Notes under the pieces: model-generated
What the model was told of the DNA's origin: nothing
Databases searched by the model: none
The model's input: the letters and a program-made list of their open reading frames with translations, nothing else
Virus record (IMG/VR): IMGVR_UViG_3300021197_000975
Coordinates: 6,359-70,358 of that record
Source: a virus
Length of the DNA: 64,000 nt
Reading direction: 5' to 3' (one strand)
Part shown: positions 1 through 9,931 of the stretch, piece by piece
How positions within the stretch are numbered: the first letter of the stretch is position 1
Layout of the letters: each line of letters starts with the position of its first letter
Position numbers and translations under genes: made by a program

Positions 1-327
1 CCTATCTTTATTGAAGAAGAAGATGCTGATAAGTTCTTCTATCAACAGTGGATGTCAGGGGATAGCACGGATAATATATGGGGCCTTTGGAGAGTTGGTG
101 CTAAGACAGCAGATAAGATTCTTGATTCCCATGATAAAGAGAAATGGGATGAGCTGATCCTCGATAAATATATGTCTGAGGATTGGGATCGTAGGCCTGA
201 AAGCAAGACCCCTACTATCTCAAGAAGGGATTTTGCTATAGCTCAGGCAAGATGTGTTAGAATCTTACGGGATGGGGACTATGATAGTAATACTAAAGAA
301 GTTTTACTATGGTCCCCTGTCGAATAA
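1..327 (+). CDS. 5'-3' exonuclease (T7 gp6 / RNase H-like), C-terminal part, truncated by the window start
   Basis: Frame is open from base 1. QWMSGDSTDNIWGLWRVGAKTADKIL is the GDxxDNxxG..G.KTA helix-hairpin-helix motif; ends with the typical QARCVRILR...LW. Confidence 0.85.
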   Translation, partial: PIFIEEEDADKFFYQQWMSGDSTDNIWGLWRVGAKTADKILDSHDKEKWDELILDKYMSEDWDRRPESKTPTISRRDFAIAQARCVRILRDGDYDSNTKEVLLWSPVE

Positions 328-370
328 CCGTGCATTTAGCAGAAATTATTAAAAATTATAGGAGGTTTTG

Positions 371-2281
371 ATGAACCTATTTGAAGATTTTGTTGCCATA
401 TCCCGGTACTGTCGATGGATTCCTGAAATTAATAGACGGGAAACATGGGAAGAAACGGTAGATAGATTTGTAAACTATATTATAAATCGTTGTGGTTTCG
501 ATGGTATGATGAGGCCGGTATTAGATGACATCAGAGAGATGATCTTAAACCGGGAGGTGTTCCCCTCTATGAGGACACTCATGACAGCTGGGCCTGCTCT
601 TGATAGAGATGATACAGCAGCCTATAACTGTTCTTATGTGGCAATGAATCGAGTTGAAGATTTTAGAAACATAATGTACATTCTAATGTGCGGTACTGGT
701 GTTGGTTTCTCCTGCGAAGAAGCAGAGATAGATCAGCTGCCAGCAATCCCCTCTGAAATTATTAGGGATGATGGTCATATTATTGTGGTAAAGGACAGCC
801 GATCTGGGTGGGCTGATGCCTACTCTGGGCTACTCAACTGCCTATACAAGGGCATCCACCCTACCATAGACACCAAAGAGATCCGTCCAGCTGGTGCTAG
901 ACTGAAGACCTTTGGTGGCCGAGCTTCTGGACCTGAGCCTTATGAGCGACTTGTTCGCTTTACTGTTAATATGTTCAATAAAGCTAAGGGACGCAAGCTC
1001 AAGTCTATTGAAGTCCATGACCTTGTGTGCCAGATAGCTGAGGTTATCATCTGTGGTGGTGTACGAAGATCCGCTCTGATTTCTTTGTCTGATCTTTCAA
1101 ATAGAGAGATGGCAATGGCAAAGACTGGACCGTGGTGGGATACTGCTAGCCATAGAAGCTTAGCAAATAACTCTGCTGTATATGAACACAAGCCTGAGCT
1201 TGGTGGTTTCTTACAAGAGTGGTCTGCACTGTATGACTCACGTTCTGGTGAGCGTGGTATCATGAATAGAGAAGCACTTGCCATGTTAGCAAAAAGATCA
1301 GGGCGTAAAACAAATGACATTAAGTTTGGTACGAATCCCTGTTCTGAAATCATCTTACGACCTAATCAGTTTTGTAATTTGTCTACTGTTGTTATCAAAG
1401 CAGATGATGACAAGGATAGAATCGCACGTAAGATTGAAATTGCTACCATCTTAGGTACAATCCAAAGTTCATTTACTAACTTTACTTTCTTTGAAGACAG
1501 GGGAGATTACTCTTTCAAAGAAAACTGTGAAGAGGAATGCTTACTTGGTGTTTCTATGACAGGGATTCTTGATCACCCACTTATGAGTGGCAAGTTAGAT
1601 AAAGAAGATCTTAAAAGTTTCTTAAATGATCTTCGTCTTATGGCTCGTGAAGTTAATAAGATCTGGGCAGACATGTTGAACATCAATTCTTCTACTGCTG
1701 TGACTTGTATCAAGCCAGAGGGTACTACTTCCTGTGTTGCAGGTTCCTCCTCTGGGCTCCACCCTAGACATAGCCAATATTATATTAGAAGAGTACGTTT
1801 GGATATTAAAGATCCCCTTACTCAGCTAATGATAGACCAAGGTATACCTTCTGAACGATGTGTCATGAGACCCGAAAGCCAAATGGTCTTTGAGTTTCCA
1901 ATCAAGTCGCCAGCTGGCAGTGTTATCCAACAGGAACTAGGTGCTGAAGAACATCTTTCTATGTGGGAATTATACCAAAAGTTTTATTGCGATCACAAAC
2001 CAAGTATCACTATATCTTATACGGATGATGAATTCTTGAAGATAGGTTCTTGGATTTGGGAAAATTGGGAATGGGTTTCTGGCATTTCATTCCTTCCAGC
2101 AACGGATCATGTGTACAAACAAGCACCGTTTGAATCAATTGATAGGGAAAAGTATGATGAATTACTTGACCTTATGCCAGCAGATATTGATTGGTCTTTG
2201 CTTTCAGCTTATGAGAAAGAAGATGAGACCAAACACAACCATACTCTTGCGTGTTCCGCAAACGGTTGTGAAGTACAATAA
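371..2281 (+). CDS. nrdJ: Class II (adenosylcobalamin-dependent) monomeric ribonucleotide reductase
   Basis: Motifs RRETWEETVDR, YNCS, GTGVGFS, GGRASGP, GGVRRSA, GTNPCSEI, CNLS, TCIKPEGT and C-terminal CSANGC. GGAGG RBS upstream; no small-subunit gene nearby. Confidence 0.93.
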   Translation: MNLFEDFVAISRYCRWIPEINRRETWEETVDRFVNYIINRCGFDGMMRPVLDDIREMILNREVFPSMRTLMTAGPALDRDDTAAYNCSYVAMNRVEDFRNIMYILMCGTGVGFSCEEAEIDQLPAIPSEIIRDDGHIIVVKDSRSGWADAYSGLLNCLYKGIHPTIDTKEIRPAGARLKTFGGRASGPEPYERLVRFTVNMFNKAKGRKLKSIEVHDLVCQIAEVIICGGVRRSALISLSDLSNREMAMAKTGPWWDTASHRSLANNSAVYEHKPELGGFLQEWSALYDSRSGERGIMNREALAMLAKRSGRKTNDIKFGTNPCSEIILRPNQFCNLSTVVIKADDDKDRIARKIEIATILGTIQSSFTNFTFFEDRGDYSFKENCEEECLLGVSMTGILDHPLMSGKLDKEDLKSFLNDLRLMAREVNKIWADMLNINSSTAVTCIKPEGTTSCVAGSSSGLHPRHSQYYIRRVRLDIKDPLTQLMIDQGIPSERCVMRPESQMVFEFPIKSPAGSVIQQELGAEEHLSMWELYQKFYCDHKPSITISYTDDEFLKIGSWIWENWEWVSGISFLPATDHVYKQAPFESIDREKYDELLDLMPADIDWSLLSAYEKEDETKHNHTLACSANGCEVQ

Positions 2282-2291
2282 GGAGTAACAC

Positions 2292-2552
2292 ATGAGTATG
2301 TATGTTGTTGACTCAGAGTATGATATGGACACTACCTTAAAGGAATGTGTTAAGTTAATATCAACTACTGATAATGGAAATGTCCGAGTAGCTTTTAATA
2401 ACATGGGAATGGTACATATCTTCCTACAAAATTTATCAACTGCTTGTGACCACTTTGAAATTGACCCTGAAGACAAGGGGTTTTCATTAGATGTATTCGT
2501 TGGTGCTCCAATGGAAATGGATGATGAAGATGAGGGAGAATTATTACTATGA
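2292..2552 (+). CDS. Hypothetical protein (acidic)
   Basis: AAGGAG RBS; tightly packed after nrdJ. Confidence 0.7.
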   Translation: MSMYVVDSEYDMDTTLKECVKLISTTDNGNVRVAFNNMGMVHIFLQNLSTACDHFEIDPEDKGFSLDVFVGAPMEMDDEDEGELLL

Positions 2553-2821
2553 GTTTCGGTGGTCTTAACAGAGTGGAGTTGCTTAAGATGCAACGAGTAG
2601 CAGGAACAATAGTTCATGCAGATACTATTCTACTTTTAGAATATATTAAGGGATTAGAAAACACTAATGAAAAGTTACGACAAGAGCTTAATGATAAGCA
2701 AGAAGTTAGTGGACGAATTGAAGAAGCTGTACGGAACCCAGAGACCGGAGGAACTACAGCTAAACGAGTTCGAAAGAGGACAACGGTACGGAGAACTCCT
2801 CCTACTACAGAAGATAATTAA
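2549..2821 (+). CDS. Hypothetical protein (coiled coil)
   Basis: ATGA overlap with the upstream gene and a GGGAG RBS; its 3' half overlaps the next small ORF. Confidence 0.5.
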   Translation: MSFGGLNRVELLKMQRVAGTIVHADTILLLEYIKGLENTNEKLRQELNDKQEVSGRIEEAVRNPETGGTTAKRVRKRTTVRRTPPTTEDN

Positions 2822-2849
2822 CTGGTATGAATCAGAACAAGGAGCTTAA
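2667..2849 (+). CDS. Small hypothetical protein of the type preceding the head module in T7-like phages (true start may be a few codons downstream)
   Basis: ISKKLVDELKKLY...RYGELLLLQKI pattern and position two genes upstream of the portal. Confidence 0.55.
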   Translation: MKSYDKSLMISKKLVDELKKLYGTQRPEELQLNEFERGQRYGELLLLQKIINWYESEQGA

Positions 2850-2851
2850 AT

Positions 2852-3196
2852 ATGGGTAAAGGTGATTCAGGGCCTTCCGCAGGAGAAATGATGAGCATGC
2901 AAAGAAGGCTTCAGCGTGAAGCTTTTGATATGCAGCAGCAAGCTACATTAGAAGCGGAAGAAAGAGATTCAGCACGTCGTGAAGAAGATAGACTTGCTGA
3001 ATTAGAACGTAGGCGGCAGGGAGAAGTAGAGAAGGCAACGCTTGCAGCCGAAGAAGAACAGAGGGAAACTCTTCTTATGGGTGAGGCAGAAGCTATGGCC
3101 GACATTGAAGAAACCGGAGCTCTAGATAATCTTAACATGGAAGGCGTTCAGATTGAGCGTCCTGACTATGAAGACCTTGATGAAAGGCCGGAGTAA
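2852..3196 (+). CDS. Small virion/assembly protein upstream of the portal (positional analogue of T7 gp6.7/7.3)
   Basis: AAGGAG RBS, MGKG start, E/R-rich helix, synteny. Confidence 0.55.
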   Translation: MGKGDSGPSAGEMMSMQRRLQREAFDMQQQATLEAEERDSARREEDRLAELERRRQGEVEKATLAAEEEQRETLLMGEAEAMADIEETGALDNLNMEGVQIERPDYEDLDERPE

Positions 3197-3200
3197 TTAA

Positions 3201-4814
3201 ATGATGGACAATAAAATTCCAGAAAAAACTATAGCCAAACGTTGGGAAGCATTAGATAACAAGAGAGAAGATAAGCTTGAGAGAGCAAAGTCTTGCTCAG
3301 CTATTACTATACCAACCCTTTTACCTCCACAAGATTTTTCTGGACAGGATAACACATACCAGCAGTATTCTTCAGTTCAATCTAGAGGAATAACAAGCCT
3401 TGCTGCTAAGATATTATCCGTATTAATTCCATTAAATGATACTCCCTTCTTTAAGTTTGGTCTCAACAATGGAAGAACACCTGAGCTAGAAGTTCAAGAG
3501 TACTTAGAAAGATTATCTCTTCAGATTTACCGTAAGCTCCTCGGTGAAAACATGAGAGAAACAATCTACTTAGCTCTTCAACATCTTATAGTATTAGGTG
3601 ATGCGTTAATTGTATTCGATAATGACTACTCATTCCGAACAATCCGTCTTGACAACTATGTTATTAGGAGAAATGTACAAGGACATGTCCAAGAGATTAT
3701 TTATCTTGAGCATGTTGTTTCTCCTAATTACGAAGAGGTTGATGAGTCTGATTGGTATCGTGCTGGTGATGCTACCCAACAGGGGTACGCCACAGTCTAC
3801 GTTAGAGTGACTAAAGAGGATGATGGCCGTTGGTATATGTGCAAAGAACATGAAGAAGAAATCTTTGATGAAGGTTTCTTTGAAGTTAGTCCTTTCATTG
3901 CACTTCGATGGAGTAGTATAACAGGTGAAGATTATGGTAGATCTCATGTTGAGGATATCTATGGAGATATTGCTAGTCTAGAGGGTTACTCTCGTGCATT
4001 AATCCAAGGTATGGCAGCAGGTTCCACTTTCTTTATGGGAGTAGATCCCGCAGGCTTAACAGAAATAGATGACTTGTCTACCGCTCAGAATGGTGAGTGG
4101 GTTCCTGCAAGACAACAAGATATCTATACTATTACCCCTTCACAAACAATGAACCCCCAACTTCAGGTAACTCAAGCAGCAGTTGAAGCGATGAGAAAAG
4201 AAGTTGGTCAAGGTTTCCTCCTCCAAGCAGCTGCAATGCCAACAGGTGATCGTGTAACAGCGACTGCCGTTCGTGCTGTAGGTAATGAACTTGAAACTAT
4301 ATTGGGTGGCACATTCTCTAGCATTGCTAGGGATCTTATGACACCTGTAGTTCGTCGAGCTATTTATCTAATGCAAGCGGCAGGTGAAATTGATCCTAAT
4401 ATGGAACAACAATTCGATCAGGAGGAGGGAATATTAAACATTGAAATTATTACTGGACTACAAGCACTATCTCGTGAATCAGATCTTACTCGTTTATTAC
4501 AGATGGGTGAGATGGTTCGGAATCTTCCTGACACTGCCGCGCAAATGTTTAAGTGGGATGAGTATGCTCGCTCCCTCGTCATGTCGCTTGGTTTTGATCC
4601 CTCCAACTGGGTTAAGAATGAAGAAGATGTTATGGCTGAACAGCAGGCAGCAGCTCAAGCGCAAGCCCAGCAACAGCAGTCAAATCAGATGCAGCAGATC
4701 CTTGGATCACAGGTCGCAGATGTGGCCGGGCATGCCGCGAAACAATCTATAGACCAAGGGCAGGGCATGCCTCCTGAGGTCATGGATAAAGCTAAAGAAA
4801 TGTTTGGAGTTTAA
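3201..4814 (+). CDS. Portal (head-tail connector), T7 gp8-like
   Basis: TIPTLLP, SVQSRGITSLAAK, PFIALRW...GEDYGRSHVE, RVTATAVR...EL...LGG motifs; 537 aa. Confidence 0.95.
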   Translation: MMDNKIPEKTIAKRWEALDNKREDKLERAKSCSAITIPTLLPPQDFSGQDNTYQQYSSVQSRGITSLAAKILSVLIPLNDTPFFKFGLNNGRTPELEVQEYLERLSLQIYRKLLGENMRETIYLALQHLIVLGDALIVFDNDYSFRTIRLDNYVIRRNVQGHVQEIIYLEHVVSPNYEEVDESDWYRAGDATQQGYATVYVRVTKEDDGRWYMCKEHEEEIFDEGFFEVSPFIALRWSSITGEDYGRSHVEDIYGDIASLEGYSRALIQGMAAGSTFFMGVDPAGLTEIDDLSTAQNGEWVPARQQDIYTITPSQTMNPQLQVTQAAVEAMRKEVGQGFLLQAAAMPTGDRVTATAVRAVGNELETILGGTFSSIARDLMTPVVRRAIYLMQAAGEIDPNMEQQFDQEEGILNIEIITGLQALSRESDLTRLLQMGEMVRNLPDTAAQMFKWDEYARSLVMSLGFDPSNWVKNEEDVMAEQQAAAQAQAQQQQSNQMQQILGSQVADVAGHAAKQSIDQGQGMPPEVMDKAKEMFGV

Positions 4815-4816
4815 CT

Positions 4817-5866
4817 ATGGCTATTAGATTACAAGAACCCGGTATTTTTACAAGAACACTTGATATAATTGGTGAACATAACAGTGGTAATGAGATGGTA
4901 CTCAGGGCAAACAAAGATACTTTGTTAAGCCGTGGGACACAAGAACACATTATTTCTATGAGAGAAACCATTTTAGAAAACACCACGTTCGGTGGCTACC
5001 GTATTCCAGAAGAGTGGGATCAAGAATGGAACTTTAAACTTGGGCCTATATGGGCTCCTGATTCTATGTCCATTGCTACCTTGGGTTGCTGGCTCAAGCC
5101 AGAAGAGTTTGTCCGTGACAGTGGCGATGCTGCTTTTACACAGGCAACAGACTCTTCTTCTAATTCAGTAGACTTTGATCAATCAGTAGAAGCAAATATG
5201 CCAGACATTGGAGACAAAGGTTTAAATAATTATAGACCTCTTGATTACTCAGCAGCTGGTGGAGATCAGAACTTGTTTGCTATTACAGGAGATGGCAATG
5301 CTATCTTTAATGCAAGTGCTAGTGATGAATATTTTACAGCCTTTGTAATTAATACAGGCACGGATACAGATACTCTTTCAGCTCTTCTGTGTCATGGTAA
5401 TAGAAGTGATAACGGCCAACATTTAATTACTTTAAAATGGAATGGTACTAATAGGCATATACTTTACATCCAAAAGAATGTGACCAAGGGTCAATGGGAT
5501 AATTGTATTACTGTTGGTGCTGATCATATTATTACAATAGGTAGAGTTGGTGGCGGTCTTATTTGTAGGGTAGATGGTACTAATATAACTGCTTCTACTC
5601 TTGCTGCTCCTGCTGCTAATAGTTCTACTGATGATACTACTTTAGGAATGGCTTACACAGGAGCTTTGGGTGCTGCTAATTCTAAGTTTGATGGTAAAAT
5701 ATATGAGATGGTACACGCAAAACTTTCGGGAGGAGCATCGTCTGTTCTTCCAGATGTAAAAAAGATAGAGGGTTATTTAGCCCATAAATTTAATTTAACC
5801 GCAAGCTTGCCGAGTGACCATGATTATAAGAATAATCCACCCCGAGCTTCAGTAACAATTTCTTAA
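4817..5866 (+). CDS. Putative virion decoration protein with a concanavalin A/LamG-like beta-sandwich
   Basis: Beta-rich sequence with HIITI...RVDG, FDGKIYEMV and KIEGYLAHKFNL, typical of phage LamG-like domains. Confidence 0.6.
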   Translation: MAIRLQEPGIFTRTLDIIGEHNSGNEMVLRANKDTLLSRGTQEHIISMRETILENTTFGGYRIPEEWDQEWNFKLGPIWAPDSMSIATLGCWLKPEEFVRDSGDAAFTQATDSSSNSVDFDQSVEANMPDIGDKGLNNYRPLDYSAAGGDQNLFAITGDGNAIFNASASDEYFTAFVINTGTDTDTLSALLCHGNRSDNGQHLITLKWNGTNRHILYIQKNVTKGQWDNCITVGADHIITIGRVGGGLICRVDGTNITASTLAAPAANSSTDDTTLGMAYTGALGAANSKFDGKIYEMVHAKLSGGASSVLPDVKKIEGYLAHKFNLTASLPSDHDYKNNPPRASVTIS

Positions 5867-5876
5867 GGAGATAACA

Positions 5877-6086
5877 ATGCCAATGGGAAAAGGAACATAC
5901 GGGTCGTCTATGGGTAGACCACCTAAGAAGAAGAAGAAGGGTGCTAAGAAGACTACTGCTAAGAGATCAGCTAACGTTGGTGCTGGAGGCAAGCTTACAA
6001 GCAAGAGAAATACTAAGACTGCAAAAGGTCGCGCAGGTACAAGAGCATCATCCCGCACTTCAGAACGACGTGGCGGCGGTAAGTAA
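5877..6086 (+). CDS. Small, very basic protein
   Basis: AAGGAG RBS; MPMGKGTYGS..GRPPKKKKK; K/R-rich. Confidence 0.75.
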   Translation: MPMGKGTYGSSMGRPPKKKKKGAKKTTAKRSANVGAGGKLTSKRNTKTAKGRAGTRASSRTSERRGGGK

Positions 6087-6097
6087 GGAGAATAATA

Positions 6098-6247
6098 ATG
6101 GACGTAATTGCATACCCATTTAAGAAGCCCGCTGATTCAGCATGGCTTAATGGTGGCGGTGAAACAGAAGAGACTCCTATCTGCGCCCAGTGTGGTGAGA
6201 GACGGGAAAGTTGTGAGAATTGTTCTGGTAAGAACGATGGCGAATAA
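6098..6247 (+). CDS. 49-aa protein with a CxxC..CxxC zinc-ribbon-like motif (below the ORF-track cutoff)
   Basis: Manual translation MDVIAYPFKK...CAQCGERRESCENCSGKNDGE; AAGGAG RBS. Confidence 0.55.
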   Translation: MDVIAYPFKKPADSAWLNGGGETEETPICAQCGERRESCENCSGKNDGE

Positions 6248-6359
6248 AAAAAAGAAAAACAATCTTAAGGGTATGGGTGGCAAACATAAGACACCCAAGC
6301 TTCCTAATGTAAAAGGGAAAGCTTACCTTAAATCCTCTAATCGAAAGGGGAATAGGTAA
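6237..6359 (+). CDS. Small basic protein (MANKKKKNN...)
   Basis: K-rich 40-aa ORF overlapping its neighbours' ends. Confidence 0.5.
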   Translation: MANKKKKNNLKGMGGKHKTPKLPNVKGKAYLKSSNRKGNR

Positions 6360-6490
6360 TGGATAAATGTAAATGCTCTAAGGATTATGTAAAAAATAAC
6401 TCTGGTGTAAGACCAGACACTATGAAAAAAACAACAAAGAAAAAAGGTTCGACTCGTCGGAAGACGAACAATCGTAAAGGAACTTATTAA
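6359..6490 (+). CDS. Small basic protein (MDKCKC...KKTTKKKGSTRRK)
   Basis: Manual translation; TAATG coupling at both ends fills the gap before the scaffold gene exactly. Confidence 0.5.
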   Translation: MDKCKCSKDYVKNNSGVRPDTMKKTTKKKGSTRRKTNNRKGTY

Positions 6491-7446
6491 TGACAGATAA
6501 TAATATGGCTGAACAATCCCCCGAGACTCAGCCGGGGATGGATGTTGTAATGCCTGCTGAATCTTCTGAAGATCCTCGGGTTACACAGGAGAGAGCCGCT
6601 TTCGAACGCTATATTCAAGAGCAAGGCGAAGCAATTCCATCCAATTTTAAAACTGCTGAGGATTGGTTTAACTCTTTGAAGGAAGCCCAGTCCCAGTATA
6701 CTAAAGGACAGCAAGAGATTGCTGATCTCAAAAAGAACTACTCAGAAACTGGAGTTCAGAATCCTGCTTATGATCCGCAGGCTGAAGGACAACCCCAAAC
6801 GGCAGAACCACAGGAACAGGCACAGCCTGACGTTTCCAATATGCCTGATGAATTAGTTATCAATAAACCAGTAGAACCACCCACTCCTGAAGGAGTAACC
6901 CAAGAAGATTGGGCTAAGTGGGGACAGGAAATTGATACTAATGGTAACTTAACAGAAGCCACTCGTCAGGAAATTGCGACTCGTCTTAAGGCTGATCCCG
7001 TGGTTGTAGACCAGATGGTAAGAGGCAGACAGGCTATGAAGGAGCAATCATTCAACAAGTCTGCTGAGGTTGTCGGCGGTGCGGAAAATCTTAAGCAAAT
7101 TCTAAGGTGGGCAGGGGAAACATTGCCCCCAGCTGAAGTCGAAGCAGCTAATAGAGCACTACAGACCGATGCCTATGCGTCTGTACTGCTCGGCTTGCAA
7201 GCTAGATACCAGCAGGTTGTATCCCCTAGTCATACCTCTACTCAGGAACCTCCAGTTTCTACCCCTAATGCCGTTCCACAAGGGCAGACACGTATGCCAG
7301 CATCTGAACAGGTGCAGGCGTTTGCTTCGGAGGCTGAAATGAAAGCAGCTATTCAAGATCCTCGGTATCGTACCGATCCTGCTTTCAGACAAGCCGTTGA
7401 ACAGAGAGCAACCCTCTCCTATCAACACGGATACCGTAATAGGTAA
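6490..7446 (+). CDS. Capsid assembly scaffolding protein (T7 gp9-like)
   Basis: Acidic and P/Q-rich; VGGAENLKQILRWA and C-terminal EMKAAIQDPRYRTDPAFRQAVEQR; lies between portal and capsid. Confidence 0.9.
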   Translation: MTDNNMAEQSPETQPGMDVVMPAESSEDPRVTQERAAFERYIQEQGEAIPSNFKTAEDWFNSLKEAQSQYTKGQQEIADLKKNYSETGVQNPAYDPQAEGQPQTAEPQEQAQPDVSNMPDELVINKPVEPPTPEGVTQEDWAKWGQEIDTNGNLTEATRQEIATRLKADPVVVDQMVRGRQAMKEQSFNKSAEVVGGAENLKQILRWAGETLPPAEVEAANRALQTDAYASVLLGLQARYQQVVSPSHTSTQEPPVSTPNAVPQGQTRMPASEQVQAFASEAEMKAAIQDPRYRTDPAFRQAVEQRATLSYQHGYRNR

Positions 7447-7453
7447 ACCCAAA

Positions 7454-7474
7454 GGATCCCGTTAGGGACAATCC
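7454..7474 (+). promoter_or_regulatory. Small hairpin in the capsid leader (GGA-TCCC-gtta-GGGA-caa-TCC)
   Basis: Inverted repeat in the scaffold-capsid spacer; function inferred only. Confidence 0.35.
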
Positions 7475-7529
7475 AGAGGACAATTTACTCTTGCGATTTT
7501 AATTTATTAATCTCAAAGGAGAAATTATA

Positions 7530-8978
7530 ATGGCTGATAATTTTAATGCAGAACCATTATCTGCTGGAGCAACTACATGGTTGCCCGGTGGAGCAGCAGC
7601 TGCTACAACTAGTAGCACTACCCATGGTCAGTACGCTGATGGCGTTGGCGGAGCCACGTCGAGTGAACAGTACTGGCTTCCTATTTGGTCGGGTGAAATT
7701 CTTCACGCGTACGACCAGTACAATATGTTTGAACCGCTTGTTACCACTAGAAACATTACCAGTGGTACGACCATGCGATTCCCTATCACGGGAACCGTGG
7801 GTCATCAGGCTGTTTGGTCTGCCGGTGAAGAGTTAAATGGCAACGGTCTTCTTACCGATGCCCCCGGCTACTTCGATATCTCGCTTGACCAGAGGCCGAT
7901 GGCTTCTTACTTCGAGCTTGATGATATCTCCCTCATGCTTACGCAGTGGGAATATCGTTCGGAGATTGCTCGTCAGGCTGGTCTGTCTCTTGCTAACGCA
8001 CGAGATAAGCAGATCGCATGCTTGATCGCACAGGGTGCTTTCATGCCCTCACGTAGCCCTGCTGTTTCGCAGGGTGGTAACTTTGCTGGTGCAGCTAGTG
8101 CTGTGGGTTCGCCTTGGGCCAACACCGCAGACACTGACATGACCAGCTCAACCATCTATGACATGGAAGCATCAGCTGCTTTCAATGCTCTTGGTAATAC
8201 GACTGCCGATGTGGCTGGCCGTACTGCTGCTGCACTCAAGCTTCTTGAGTACATTGAGCGTTACATGGTTAGATTGCAGCAGATCGATGCACCTACTGAA
8301 GGTGTGTATTGTTCTGTTACGCCACAGGCATTCCAAGACATTCGTGCCTTGGGTATTGCTAGAAGCACTACTGCTGAAGCTGCAAACATGCAGCCGATGT
8401 TCGGTGGTGTTGCTGCTGCCGGTGGTCTGGGTGCTCAGTACTCTCAGGGTCTGAATACTCTTAGTGATAGCCTTGTTTACATGGGCTGCACAATCATTAA
8501 GACTAACCACATGCCAGAGCAGACTGTTCAGTACTCCGCAGCAGCGGCTGACTGGACAACGGCTGACACTGGTACTGCTACGCTGCCTGATGATGACATC
8601 GCAAACGTTATCTTCAATGCGTCAGACTATGTGGATGGTAACAGTGGTACTAAGATCGGCGGTACTCCCGCTGATACTGGTATCGGCAAGACGCTTCGTA
8701 AGATCCATGATCTTGGCGATGCAAAGTATGACTTTGACTGGGTTGGCTTCGCAGCTGACGGAGTTGGTGGCACGACCATCACCCGTATGCACCCCGTCAA
8801 GGCCCTCATGTGGCAGAAGGATGCTGTTGCATCCCTCAGCTTGCAGGGACTTAAGGTGAATTCCATTGAGGACATTCGCCGCAACACTCACTTCACCGTG
8901 GCTTCGGTCATGCGTGGCGGTGGCGTTCTGCGTCCCGAGCTGTGTGCCGCAATTTGCGGATACGGTCAGGTCATCTAA
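7530..8978 (+). CDS. Major capsid protein (T7 gp10-like, with insertions)
   Basis: LPIWSGEILHAY, RNITSGTTMRFPITG, YRSEIARQAGLSLANARDKQI, GGGVLRPELCA. Strong AAGGAG RBS and highly-expressed codon bias. Confidence 0.95.
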   Translation: MADNFNAEPLSAGATTWLPGGAAAATTSSTTHGQYADGVGGATSSEQYWLPIWSGEILHAYDQYNMFEPLVTTRNITSGTTMRFPITGTVGHQAVWSAGEELNGNGLLTDAPGYFDISLDQRPMASYFELDDISLMLTQWEYRSEIARQAGLSLANARDKQIACLIAQGAFMPSRSPAVSQGGNFAGAASAVGSPWANTADTDMTSSTIYDMEASAAFNALGNTTADVAGRTAAALKLLEYIERYMVRLQQIDAPTEGVYCSVTPQAFQDIRALGIARSTTAEAANMQPMFGGVAAAGGLGAQYSQGLNTLSDSLVYMGCTIIKTNHMPEQTVQYSAAAADWTTADTGTATLPDDDIANVIFNASDYVDGNSGTKIGGTPADTGIGKTLRKIHDLGDAKYDFDWVGFAADGVGGTTITRMHPVKALMWQKDAVASLSLQGLKVNSIEDIRRNTHFTVASVMRGGGVLRPELCAAICGYGQVI

Positions 8979-9010
8979 ATGATTTGATCAACTAGTGTAT
9001 AACTAATCAT

Positions 9011-9045
9011 GCCCTCCGGAGAGAGATCTCCGGGGGGTATTTTTT
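9011..9045 (+). terminator. Intrinsic terminator after the capsid gene (T-phi analogue)
   Basis: CCCTCCGGAGA-gaga-TCTCCGGGGGG followed by TATTTTTT. Confidence 0.88.
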
Positions 9046-9059
9046 CAAAGGAGGAATGT

Positions 9060-9263
9060 ATGAGTGATAACCCACTTAAGAAAAAGTCTGAAGGTCTGGG
9101 AGATACTGTAGAAAAGGTTGCTTTCATTGCAACTCTTGGTCATTTGGGTGGCCGAATGTCTCCTGCAAAACAAAAGAATAAGAAGAAGGATTGTGGGTGT
9201 GCTAAGAGAAAGGCTGCCCTTAACAATGCTGCAAAATATAATAAACCAGAAGAAGGAGATTAA
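9060..9263 (+). CDS. Small basic phage protein (GLGDTVEK...CGCxKRK type)
   Basis: AGGAGG RBS; recognisable motif of small phage proteins, function unknown. Confidence 0.7.
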   Translation: MSDNPLKKKSEGLGDTVEKVAFIATLGHLGGRMSPAKQKNKKKDCGCAKRKAALNNAAKYNKPEEGD

Positions 9264-9265
9264 TA

Positions 9266-9931
9266 ATGGGATCATTTTCCAAGTTAGATGCTGTTAATCA
9301 TATGCTATTATACAGTGGAGAACATATCGTTAATCACTTGGAAGACGATTCTAGTGTTGATACAGCTATTGCTGAGAGAATTCTAGAAGACAACATCATG
9401 TCTCATGTTATGCGTGGGTTGGTTAATAATACTTTTGTTAAGAAATATTCTCTTGATTCAAATGGATTTATCTACCTCCCTTCGGAAACTCTAGAGGTTA
9501 CTTTGTTAGATTATATTGTTGATGAAGAATTTAATTTACCCATTCAAGTATCTTACAAAGGAGGTTCATCCCCCTACCTTTGGAATGTTAGTGATCAGAC
9601 AGGTAACTGGACTGCCTACTTAAGTGATGTATCAGAGGATAAGTTTACCCTCGAAGTTATACATAACTTAGACTGGGAAGACATTGAGACTCCTATGCAA
9701 CGAGGGATTATGGCTTCGTCAGCTAGAGATTATCAAATGATTGTTCAGGGAGACAGTGGCTTAGATCAATACTTAGCACAGAGAGAAGTGGTTTACACAG
9801 CCAAGGGCAGGAGTTCTGATATACATTCTAAGAGAAGGAATTTCTTAATGGGAGATGCAGGAACTAAGTTTGCTGTGGGAAGACAAGGACCAAACTCAAG
9901 AGATCCCTTTAGTATTAGGAGAGGTTACTGA
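9266..9931 (+). CDS. Tail tubular protein A (T7 gp11-like)
   Basis: SKLDAVNHML..GE..V N-terminus, LDWEDIETPMQ..I...AR..Q, size and synteny. Confidence 0.9.
   Translation: MGSFSKLDAVNHMLLYSGEHIVNHLEDDSSVDTAIAERILEDNIMSHVMRGLVNNTFVKKYSLDSNGFIYLPSETLEVTLLDYIVDEEFNLPIQVSYKGGSSPYLWNVSDQTGNWTAYLSDVSEDKFTLEVIHNLDWEDIETPMQRGIMASSARDYQMIVQGDSGLDQYLAQREVVYTAKGRSSDIHSKRRNFLMGDAGTKFAVGRQGPNSRDPFSIRRGY

Noticed and set aside
8940-9263. T7 gp10B-style capsid frameshift extension
   Set aside because: No clear slippery site, a strong terminator follows the stop, and the next ORF has its own RBS.
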